Position numbers and translations under genes: made by a program
Notes under the pieces: model-generated
Databases searched by the model: none
Told to the model about the DNA's origin: nothing
The model's input: the letters and a program-made list of their open reading frames with translations, nothing else
Source: Ptychomitrium polyphyllum
Taxonomy: Eukaryota
Direction: 5' to 3'
DNA: 64,000 bases
Assembly: GCA_973851085.1 (NCBI GenBank)
Contig: OZ316775.1
Coordinates: 682,001 to 746,000, forward strand
Part shown: positions 27,275 through 38,808 of the stretch, in pieces
Position numbering within the stretch: position 1 is the first letter of the stretch
How the letters are laid out: every line of letters begins with the position of its first letter

Positions 27275-27750
27275 GTTTTTTATTCACATGGAATAAAAAC
27301 ATCACCAATGGAAGCATATTGAAAAAGCACATAAAATCACACAAAATAGGTACAATAAATATTAGCTTTGGATATTGGATGATACAACTACATTCTTTGT
27401 AGGCATGCTAATATAAGTGAGTAAAGAATTTCTTTTCATTTTTGTATTTTTGCTTTTCACAAATGAAAGAAGAATTGTTCAAGCTTGTTAGGTACCAAAG
27501 AACTTTAGCATTGTACCTAGTATACACTATATGACTTATTTTGAAAAATATGTTATGAAATAATCTAAGAGAGCATGACTCCAATATATAAAAAAAAATA
27601 TTTTTTTCATATGGAATTACTACTTGAAAACATCATCATAATAAATATATTAAAAAATCACATCTATAGGCATTCAAACTATAAAAAAATTTGGATGTTG
27701 GATGACAAACTACATCTTTTGTAAGTATACTATTGTAAGAAGTATGAGGA
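27275..27750. repeat. Diverged direct duplication (two copies ~325 bp apart) in an AT-rich spacer
   Basis: Shared blocks: ttcacatggaat..aaaacatcacc..atattgaaaaagcacat..ttggatattggatgatacaactacattctttgtaggcatgcta versus ttcatatggaat..aaaacatcatc..atattaaaaaatcacat..ttggatgttggatgacaaactacatctttttgtaagtatacta. Confidence 0.6.
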
Positions 27751-29357
27751 ATGTCATTGAATTTTGGAAAAAAATTGACATGATTCATTAAATCATTTGC
27801 ATACTTTAAGTCAATTTCAAAGAATTTTTAATACTTTTCAACTCCATTCAATAGCATGCATGCATGAAATGTAAATTTATCTTTTTATATTTAAGTTTAG
27901 AGTTATTTTTACTTATTTAGTACGATTCTTCAATATTCTTGTAATAGTGGTATTTTCAAGGACTAATTTCCATGAATAAAAGACTATTTATAAAAAAATT
28001 ACTATGTACAAGGAAGATGCTTTAAAGACCTTTTTTTGTGAAAGATCATTAATTGCCTAAAATGAATTTAGAGAAGCTTCATCAAATTGTGTTAATTTGG
28101 TGTAAAATAAGATTTTTTGATGAATCCATTAAACTATTTGAAAATGTTGAATGTACTAGTTGGATACATATATAAGGAAAGATTAGCATCTTCTTCAAAA
28201 TGAAAATATAGAGCGATTTCATGGAAGCATAGTAGATGTTTAAACTTGTTGACATCAACTTGAATACTTCAATGAAGCTCAAAGAAACCCATACAAAAAG
28301 TTCTTGGAATCCCAAGGAGAATGGTAGATTGTTGATGAAATGTCATATAACTTACACCTAACTTAAAGTCTTATCTAAGCTTTTACTTTGAAAAAAATCA
28401 TTTCAGATAACTCTATTCATGTAGTGTGAGATGTAAAAAAAATAGTGAAGAACAACCTAATTTATCGTATCCTATACAGTGTCTAGCTATTTGATAAAAT
28501 TCTCATCACTCAAAACAGGATAAATCATATGATTTTCTATTCACGTGCTGATTTATCAAATAATGCAACTATTGCATTTAGGTCGAATACCGTACCGCCT
28601 AGAGGGATTAAGATTCCTGATTAACATCTCAGAGAGGCATCGTTCTGTCCGTTTACAGTGCTTTGACACAATCTGACTTTTCATTCTTTTGTTACAGTAT
28701 CCTAACGTACGCAAGATACAAAGTGACTTTTGAAACTCTGTGCCTTCCGGCATAGTCCACCTTTGAACTCCCATCCTACTCAGATCTTGTCAAACATGTT
28801 TACACTTATTCGACACTTAGCTAGACACGCAGCCATGGAGCTCACAGTTTTGATGGTCTCCGTATCCATCCGACCAAGCAATTTCAACATAGAAACCAGA
28901 GATGAAGGAGTATATCTGTCTGCATGTCAAACTAGTTGCATATCCCAAGATTCACCCACTTGAATATCTCAAGGTTTCAACACAACAATGAAATGGGCCA
29001 GTCATGAAAAAAATGACCAGCAAGCACACAAGAATACTCGATTTCCCAAGCTAATAGACACTGGAAGACCAACCAAGTGAAGAATCACGTGCAATCGTAT
29101 CATACTCCGTAGTTTTGGGTTTAAATACATCTTCTGCGCAACGTCTCGTTGCACTCAACTGCTAATCAGAAACCACAGCTGATAATCTAATGATCTAATA
29201 ATCTGATAACCTGTCTTTCAAAAAGTTGCTCATATCCACTGGCACACTGTTTCCTACGTGAAAGGTGAATGTGTAAGGAAGATCGATTTTGTGAAGAGTT
29301 GCTCCACACCTTGTAGCCAGTACCGAAGATCAAGATGGGCACATGATAGTGAGTGAA

Positions 29358-32221
29358 CTAAACCAAATTGAATGAAGAGATCACCTGCAAAGCCAAGATC
29401 AATTATTGTTGCTGAAAAGAACAGCAGTTAAGAGAAGAAAACAATTAAACCACAGCCGAGATTCTCTCAACTAAACATGTAGCTTTAAAAAACCTGTAAT
29501 ATCATGTTGGATAATTGAGATGTACACGCAACTGCAGTAAAATAAGTAAACAAACCTTATTAACACTCGATTTATACTTGGCTGCGTCCTCCTCAAAATA
29601 CTGGCCAGTGACAGTATACAGTCTATTAACCCATCCATTGCTGGCAATCCCAACAACTGAGACGAGGTGTCGCTGCTTCTCTCCTGGTTTCTGTAACGTA
29701 TACTCCACATAGTACTTTCCTGATATTCACAAAGTAAAAACTTAACAGATTCAATCAACGTGGTTGCTCTTACACACCATGAGCAGTAGTGAGTTACATG
29801 CAAAAACCATGCTAGTTGTATAAAGAAGACCATCTTTACTGCGAAACATTTGTGTTACTGGGTCAAGCTAATACAAACCTGCTCTCGATCGGCAGTCTAC
29901 AAGCCTTGCTTTCTGGCCAGGAGGTTTCTGCCAGCTCCTGTCCAGACTATTTACCTGAAAGCAATGAACCCCAGCTCTTAAGAATGAGTCGTCTTTTCAC
30001 CAAAAAATCATCCTTCAACAGCATTCAGAGCCCTCCTTGCGAAAGTACATACTTTTATAAACAGATACGTTCACTATAATGTTCTACCAATTTTATGAAC
30101 ATTCCAAACAGTTTCATTAATTTATACAAACGTGTTGTCCATCAATGCATAAAGATTTATTATGCATTAGGTTCACTTTTGTAGTACTGAAAAATGCATA
30201 AAGATTTATTATTTGTTTAATATCTTAAAATTGCGTACCACTACCCTAAAATTTGGTTTACAAATACAGTGGGAATAAAGTTCGAGAATTCATCTAGGTG
30301 AATTTATCTAGGCGTTAGGGCTACAATAATTGTACTAAAAGCTTTCAATGCTTGGGCGATCGTGACTGGTCAGTGACACTCTGAACAACTACTGGAACAA
30401 CTGAATGACGTCAATCAAACAACTATAAATAAAAGCACAGGGTTATGTACCAAATTTTCGGCAAAGTTGTCAGCTGAGCCAAAGGACCCCAACCCAGTGA
30501 AATCAGCGCCGAGTCCTGTTATGACAACATTCACTGCCATTCACAACCAAGTTGCGCCACTTAGTCAGAGTCCTTGAACACAACCATCATCAAGCAGTTG
30601 ACGACTGGAATACAGTTAGTATTAGACGACTAATACGAAGTCTCCGTATACTAATCTACTTCAAAAGCTACATACCATTCGTGAGGCCGCCATCAGCAGG
30701 ATAAAAAGCTGTAACTTTCCTCTGCCCCGATGTTCTCCCTTCGCCTTTGTTCCAGTCTGAATTTTACAATTGCAAGGTGAGAGGACGTGTCTATCAAGCG
30801 TGCCAGCTAATCATGTATGAACTTGAGTCACCAGTTTGCTCAACAAATGCTATTGCCTGCAGATTTTGCAGAATCTTTAACACATCACCTTGTGGCACCA
30901 TCAGTGTGAATTTATCAGCTGCATCCTCGTAAAGAGTAAACTCAGCAGCAGCATCTGCATTGAACGTTCATTCAATCTCACCTCAGTAAATTTCTAAAAC
31001 ATCAGGCATCAACGAAGTGAGCAGAGAATCTCCACAGTTGAAGTAGTCCAGGGGAATACAAGAATGAAACAATTACCTGTTTCTGTAGCCGAAAGAGCTG
31101 GAAGAGCAAAACCTAAGGACATAGCCAGCAAAGTTTGACCAATGATCTCCCTTCTCTGCAATGCTTGTCTATTCTCATTGCCGCACCTGCCATCCCAATT
31201 CATGCTTAATTAAGTTGTCTCTAAACAATCAATCCCTTGGTTAGCAAGGATCAAATCTCAATGATAAGTATTGTATGCCACTACAAATCTTTGAAACTAT
31301 GGCATAATTGTGTAGCATTAGAAAGAATTAGGTTTCAGTCTAAGACAAGCTCTAATTAACCATCTCAAGTGGGCTTACTCTAGGGCTTGCTCGCAACGCA
31401 CTGCACTGGTATTATTGTCACGCCTGCTTCTTCCTGGAAAATTCCGCAAAATTTCAATTTAAAGCTTTTTTCCAAATACCAAAACGCACAGTGGCTCTTT
31501 CGAGATTCTCTAGATGACAAGCACACGATCTTTACGTCCCAGCAGAAATCTAGGGAACGCAACGTAGGCTGCTTACATTTATGCCTAATGAGCTACTCAC
31601 CGCAATATAAAAAGTGGGAAAATCACTTAAGCAGATCACGTGACTTTAAGATTCAAAGAACCAAATAAATATTACGCTCTCTCTAAATTGGTAAATCTCT
31701 GTCTATCTACTCAAATTGCAGTTTTCACATTTGTTAGTGGACTACTGGAAACAGACGTTCAATTAGAGGTGCAAAATTTTCTAATTGGGAAAGGGTGACC
31801 CGTAACAACATCGGTTGCCTCAGTGAAGAATCTGCTCGTAGTAGTATACTAATAATGCTGCGCAAGAATTGGTTCAAGGGAAACATTCCTTGCATTCAAC
31901 ATTCCGAGAGTCATCCATAGCCAACCTTAAGAATGTTGTATTGTCTTTCTATTACTCAACTCTTTCCATTGAAGTGCAAATCCTCAGTTCAGGCTGTGAA
32001 CCTTTTACTTAACCTTTCGGCAGTAACTCCTCTCAAGAAGGTCCATAAGAAATTGGATGCACATTAAACGATAAAAGGAGAATTTCACGAGCCTTGTACA
32101 TACCTTTCATTGAGATTGAGGGACCACAAAGCTGCTGGGAAGAAGCTGGCGACCCATTTCTCCATTGAGTTGAGACAGACAGAGATAAGGCACACGAGGT
32201 GCGAGCAGTGATGGCATCCAT
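29358..32221 (-). CDS. PPD3: PsbP domain-containing protein 3 (thylakoid lumen), ~259 aa, 9 exons
   Basis: Exons 32221-32104, 31433-31379, 31186-31077, 30954-30889, 30756-30676, 30533-30451, 29954-29879, 29719-29556, 29384-29358; 780 nt in frame. Ser-rich transit peptide, twin-Arg signal QRREII...LSA, and motifs TAFYP, ITGLGADFT, LDRSWQKPPG, YYVEYTLQKPGE and NGWVNRLYTVTGQ. Confidence 0.9.
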
Positions 32222-33173
32222 TGCTTCTCCACCAACCAGCTCGCCAAAAACTCCTACCAAGTTCCAAAATGTCTCCCGTAAGACCGACTCCACAACCTGC
32301 TCTGAATTGGATAATCCAGCAAGCTTGTACAAACCCAGCAAATTTCAATTGCAGACACAAGTCAGTCTTTAAGGTTGCGTTGCGATTCAAGCAATTTTCG
32401 GGTGCAAAGTCGACACTTTTAATTGGGGGAGGACGCTCGTCGCTGGTCGAAGGAGAAACCTTACAAGGTGGCACATAGGATGAGATATTATGGATGGCGA
32501 TAAGGGGTCCACAGAAAGAGTATATCAAAGTCTGATGAAACCTAAATGAGGAGCCCAATCCTCATTCATCCGTCCACAGCTATTTGACTATATGATTCCT
32601 GCAAATAATAAGCTGTGAAGATAACTTGAAAGCTCGGTGACTCAGTTGCATACTATGACTATGGTATCCATACATTATTTCTAAATTCCTAAACGTAAAA
32701 CATGCTTTAGTTCAATGATGTAGGCAATTAATCAAGTCAGGGAGAAACTGGATCTAAGCCATGCCTAGTGGTTCGACACTGGTGCTCGATGACAATCGGT
32801 CATACATGCAGCTTCCAGGTTTAAATTCGTGGAGGAAGATCTTCCTGCATCCTTCTACGAACAGTGCATCTGAACATTTTTAAGCACGAGAGCGCAGATT
32901 GAAATTTGAGTAGCTTTCAACTAGAGTTTCGATTGAATTTTTGAAAAGTACAAGCCTAAACCAAAGCAGGCCAATTTATTATGAATTTGTCGGTTATGGT
33001 AGTAGCTATCAAAAAAAATTCCATATTAGAATTTAAGGAAACCCCTTAGCCCAAAAAAGAGCAGGTAAGTAATCTATTTCCTTTCAAGAGGCACCTGGCA
33101 TGCCAAATGTTCAAAATGTATAACAACAAAAATGGGAGTATATAAACAACGTATTCGAATGTTTTGTGAGATT

Positions 33174-35264
33174 CTAAGAATCTTTGTAGCCTTGCAAGGC
33201 AGCACGAAACTCTTCCTGAAATTTGCTAAGGCGGGATTTCACATTCGGCGTACGGAAACTTGCATGGAGCACCGGCACTGCACGTGAACAGCAAACGAGG
33301 GGTGATGATTAATCATTGCAATGTATTTGAATGTTTTGCAAAGTTAATCAATACTTAACTAGATCTTCCTTACACGTAACAAAGCTTAAATAAAATGTTT
33401 GATTCTACTCTGTGTACATTCCGAAAAAAAGAAGAGGAAGTACTTACATGTCAAAGCAACTATCGAAGCACCACAAACAGTCACAACTGCAGAGGATCTC
33501 CAACATAGCAGGGCGCCAACTGTTCACAAGTACAAACATTAACAACTTCCACCAAGCAAAGTGCACTCCCTCTTGGCAAGACTTTATAAAACCTACTCAA
33601 GTCAACCAGGATTGATAAGAATTTTATAAGACGTCTTATAATTTTATACGTTTGGTAAAGAAGAAACTAACCTCAAAGCATTTTAAATTTACAATAAGAT
33701 GTGCAATGCAAGCAATCAAATATTAATTACTATCTCAGACGTTACGATTCCTGTTGAGACTAGAGGTGTTCAAATAATATAATTCACAACGTCAAAATCT
33801 GGCTCTTCATACCAGACGCTAAGGCGGCCACACAGATCCGACGTTCTTGGCCACAGATGTAGACAGTGCGTTTCCGAGGTCGGCCTTGAGGTTTCTTGCT
33901 GTGCAACCATTAGCACGTTAGCAGATACTGTGAAGATGTTTCTGATTTCTAGAATATTAAAAATCTTAGCCCTACAACATTGTGTATATTTTTGGAAAGA
34001 TTTACCACAATTAATCGTATAAGAACACGCTTGATGATGAAGAGAGAACAAGGTATGAGAAACTCACGTAACAGGTGTATGTGATGTAGGTGCCTGCAAT
34101 TTGGGTGCCTGTAGTTTACGTCCAAGAGAAGGAGAAATCTGGCCGATTGCTCTTGGCAGCTTTTCGCTCAGCGTTATTGCGAAACTAGAAAAGTACAGAC
34201 CCAATTCAAAACAGGAGATGAATGTAAGTAGGGAGCCTTCTAAACAAGGAACAAAACCATCCTCAATAACACTCGAGTAGGAGACAATTCCTACTATACA
34301 CACAATCGTTATGAATTTCGGCTTTTTAGATGATTGAGTATTTTCTGATACGTCCTCCTCTCCCTATTCTGTTTTCTGAGACCTACATCAAAGGAGGCAC
34401 GAACTTCATCAATATAGTCACTGGTATCATTTTCCATGTGAAATACTAACACGAAAGCCGAAACATAACCTATCATGAAATTAATTACCTGTCGTTAAGA
34501 CAAGCAAGGCTTAAACCTGTCAAAGATACAGCCCCCAACGCCAATGGATTTCGTGCAAAGGCAAGCACTGGCCAGAAAAAGTATAAGACACAATCCAGTA
34601 ATCAGAAAGGACGGTGCAAACCATACAGCTATGGTCAAAGTAGCAAAAGCTAGACTCACAAGAGGAAAAGAACAGAAGGAACGTGGTTCAACTCATATCA
34701 ACAATGCACATAATGACAGAACTCACCAAAAACTGATCCCACGAGGACGACGTAGTTCGTGCGGTAACTGCAACAATACAAAACCCTCTTAAATGTCACT
34801 GCACATGAAACTTGATGTTAACCACTGCTCTCATCAGACCTGCAGCGAAATATGCTGTGGCAAATACACGACCAACAAAAACACAGACCAATAACACACC
34901 AAGACAAGTAACTCACAAAACTTCAAAAGACTAAGACTCAAGATACATGATTACTGATTCACCTTCACAAAAAACACTATTAAAACCAAGAAACACCTCC
35001 ACGATGTTCCTTATCATGACTGATAGCAAGAGATCAAGTACGGCTAATCATGCAACACCAAACTCATGATTCTAAAGGGATTAAAACATCAAGAGCACCA
35101 ACTCACTAGTAAAGATTGCATCGGAAGCGCGCTTCCCACTTGGAGTCATCCTTGGGCACACTCAATTTCCCAAAGAACTCTCCTAGTGGCCGAGGAGGAA
35201 TTGACCAATCCACCTCCTTGAGCGCATCCACGAGATCCTCTAGAGTCACATCGTTCCAATCCAT
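33174..35264 (-). CDS. PRA1.A: Prenylated Rab acceptor 1, clade A, ~218 aa, 7 exons (not shown in the ORF track)
   Basis: Exons 35264-35107, 34767-34727, 34567-34489, 34184-34068, 33898-33813, 33519-33448, 33277-33174; 657 nt in frame. Reads MDWNDVTLEDLVDALKEVDWSIPPRPLGEFF...RCNLYYYRTNY...LNDSF...TVYICGQER...LHASFRTPNVKSRLSKFQEEFRA. Confidence 0.93.
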
Positions 35265-37177
35265 TGCGCTCTTCTCTTCTCTCTGCTCCGCAAACCTTCT
35301 CCACCACCAAATTCAAAATCGATCGCTCGTAAACGAAACTACTCTTCTTAAACCCTAAACCCAGGAACCGCTCGCACAACCGGTAAGCCAAAACGCACTC
35401 AACTACGCATACTCTAGACGCTCAACCCCGATTCTCACACCCTTTTGGCCAACCCCCATGAATAAGATTTTGTGAACTCTGCAGCGATGACGATTTTAGC
35501 GAATTTGAAGAGAGTGTGTACCTGAATTAAAGGAAGCTGCGATCGATTGCAGAGTTGTGATGGTGATGGTGGCAGTCGGTGCTGTAGCTTGCTGAAGCTT
35601 GAAACCAACGTCAACATAATGTTGCGGATCTGCAATCTGACGTTTCAGCTTCCCATTGCGTGCGCATTGTGACATTCCGATCGTCACTTCGTTTTGTGCC
35701 TGCGCAACGGTGCCGTTTGCCGTGGCCGGTGCCGCGGCCGTCAAGGCTGGGGCTCTGGGAACGACTGGGACTGAAATAGGTTGGGAACGTGGAACGTCCA
35801 GAATCTCGTTTGTGGGAGGTTGGGAACAGAGTGTGCAAGCAGGTACTCACGCCTCAAAGGGTTTGCATCTGCCATATGTGGGCGATTTTGGATCCTTATC
35901 CCAATTGGTAACATTACAGTGTTGTTTTTAAAGTTAGTGTTGAAGGGGAACTGAGAAAAAATAGTCTTGAAGTTATAAATGAAGTGGATCTAAACTAAAA
36001 GTGTCTCTTTGCAGTTCTGTGTATTTTGAAATATGTAGGAACTTTTTTGCTTACATATTTATATCTATGATGTCATAAAGTATATTGAATGGTAATGTCA
36101 AGTACAATTATCTTAATGAAAAAAATAGTTTCATTAGTTATATTTGTTTTGTATTGTTTGTTTGCAATAACACTTTAAATCTTCCAAATTATGAGGCCAA
36201 TGGAGATATTCTTGGTACTAATGGAAAACCCTTGACAAAAGCATGTGTAATTTGGTGGTTTTACAAGTTTTAAAATTATGATGTGGCTGATTGAATTTCA
36301 AAGTAGTTTTATTTCAAATATTCAAAAAACTGGAATTATATAACATATTCAAATTTATTCACAAGTTTGTACCATAAAGCTGCTACCTTGATTGAGCCAA
36401 TGGCACAAGGCATACTAATATATCTATTTAATGCCTCAAAGTCACTCTCATTGTTTTTGAAAAGTAGCCCTATTAAAACAATCAAATTAAACCAATACAA
36501 ATAAATCCACGTATTTATTAATTCATTTAAACTATGTCATTTACATTTAAATACATATTGAATCTATATTAATGTACATTTTGTTATAATATTACTTTTT
36601 ACATTCTATCATAATACTAATCTATAATAATAACCATATTTGTATAGAAATCAAGTTTAGATTCTTATACAATTTCTCTCAGCCAACCATCAAGGCATCT
36701 ATGAAAATGGATTCATATATATGCGCTTAAAATGAACGATCAATACCATTCATTTGATCCATATTGAAATGGATAGTAGACACCTTGAAATGACAAGTCA
36801 TTACAATCCATATGTAGGTTGCAACCACCATCCACATTTGACATGGAAGATGCCATTTCACTATAGTTTAAACCTGTAAAAGCCATAAAAAAAATTAATA
36901 AACTACTTGATCAAACTTGAAATATTCTACAATGTCATACACAATAAAAGATCAACTTTTGCTTATTATAGAAGTAACGTATTTTTTAAAACGGCTAATT
37001 ATGTGTATAAGTGCTAATTCATTTTTAAAAAATAGAATGACCAAACAAAAACATACACATTTACATTCAAATTAGACGACTCATCTCCATTCATAAGTAA
37101 AGGTGCTCTTTAGTACTATTGCATTATATTCAAGTGCATTGTTTGATTAAGTCCCTTTGACACATATCTCCTGTCAA

Positions 37178-37256
37178 CACTGGCTGTGGGGTTTGAACCC
37201 ACTCATGCCTAGGCACAAGCGATGAATCGCCTCCCAACCCACTTGGGAAAGCCAGC
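37178..37256 (-). ncRNA. tRNA-like element (tRNA-Leu-like acceptor, T and variable arms; anticodon arm truncated, not a decoding tRNA)
   Basis: Minus strand GCTGGCT-T-TCCCAA GTGGG TTGGGA-GGCGA TTCA TCGCT-T-GTGC CTAG GCAT-GA-GTGGG TTCAAAC CCCAC-AGCCAGT-G. It has a 7-bp acceptor stem, a 5-bp T stem with a 7-nt loop and B-box-like GGTTCAAACC, a long variable arm, and only a 4-nt anticodon loop. Confidence 0.7.
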
Positions 37257-37425
37257 TGGTGATGACCACCCTTCATCACCCAACACCCTCTACAAGTACC
37301 CAACTTATCCCTTAAACGCCACCACGATGACCTCTGAGGTCATCGTTTGAATCTTAAGTGGTCAGCTGGTGGACGTTAAAAATGTTACCTATCATGTTAA
37401 AACACCCATCTAGACACTCAAACCT

Positions 37426-38808
37426 CTAAAACCAGAGGAAAGAAAACATCCAAGTAGGCGACAAATGCAAAGCGAGGCAGTCACCTGGCAGAGGAGCTAG
37501 TGTGGAAGAACTCCCTGAGCCGGACCAAGTGTACTGCACTGCCCAGCACTCCTGGCTCACCGCACCCGGCATCGGCTCCTGCACGCTCTGCGTCTCGCTC
37601 TGTATCATCCCAGTCGACATGACGAATCGGTCGTCGCTGAATCCTGCAATCGGCGCGGCGCTGTTCATCTCGCACTCAGCCACGTCGAGGCACTGCTGAT
37701 CGAATGTCATGCACGACGTCGTCGAAGTGTACGAGCTCGGGCTGCCTGACTGCGACACCGCCATCGGATCGAACGAGTTGCAGTCGTTCAGGTAGTCATT
37801 TATGGAGATCGACTCGAGCTCATTGCACTCCAGCATTATGCATGATTCGGAGTCGGAGTAGTCGTTTGCCAGTTCGTCTAGTATCTCAGCGTCGATGGCG
37901 GTCGTCTGGGATACGATGTCTATGAGCATGCTAGCAGTGCCTGGTGTTTGCTGGAAGTGGCTGCTATGGTGGTCTGGGGTGTTGAGGGTGTTGGTGGTCG
38001 TAGCGGTGAGGTCTGAATTGGAGTATTTGGGGGTGTTGGGGGAGTCGTCGAAGCTAGCCGCGTATTCTTGGCACTCACGCTTGATGAAGAGCGTGGCGGC
38101 CTTGAACATGCTGTTGGTGGTGACGTCGGTGAGGATGAGGTGAGGAGGGATCTGGCCTAAGTAGGAATCTAGCTTGGAGCAGGGGAGGTTGTAGTGGTGC
38201 TTCTTCTTGCATTTCAATAGTTTCCGGGCTAAGTCCACTCCGCGAGCTGCGCCCTTCTCGGTGTCGAACGTGCCCAGCCAGACCTTCTTATCGACAGCTT
38301 TCCACTCCGCGACGCGGATCTCGGCGACCCATTTGTTGAGGTCGGGTCGGTAGCGGACGCCGTAGTAAGTGGAGCTGCCGGGCTTTCGGGATGGCGGTTG
38401 TGCTGGGGGTTCGTCGTTTGCTGTTATGCTCTGGAGAGGGTTTGTTCTTTCTCCTCTGCCGATGCAAAATGGCCGACTGTAGGGGTTAAGCCACAGATAT
38501 CTAGTTGAACCGACTAATGTTGCAAGTGAAAAGTGTTTAAGAATTAAGGTTATAATCGTAAATCAAGTTGGGAGGGAGAGAGATTTGTACCTGGTGTTGG
38601 GGTTGCGGCCATTGTCATTCGAGGCGGGAAATAGCTGCATATCAGCTTGATCCTTGCGAGCCTCGAGATGCATTCCATTGATGCGAATAGGAGTCCTACT
38701 GCGGCCATGGCATTGAGTTTTATTGCTTTCCAGTACAACGCTTTTGCGGATGAACTCCTCCAGCGCAGAGCAGCGGACTTCCGGCGCCGAGATAAAGCTC
38801 TCCGGCAT
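37426..38808 (-). CDS. Single-AP2-domain (ERF/DREB-like) transcription factor, divergent, ~422 aa, 2 exons
   Basis: Exons 38808-38591 and 38476-37426 (1269 nt in frame). AP2 domain YYGVRYRPDLNKWVAEIRVAEWKAVDKKVWLGTFDTEKGAARGVDLARKLL...YNLP, then an acidic, Ser-rich C-terminal region. The start codon and first exon are less certain. Confidence 0.85.

Noticed and set aside
37178..37256. Functional tRNA, including tRNA-Sec (UCA in the loop, 6-bp D stem) or an opal suppressor
   Set aside because: The anticodon loop is 4 nt rather than 7. The acceptor/T fold is 7/5, not the 9/4 of eukaryotic tRNA-Sec, and land plants are not known to retain the Sec machinery.
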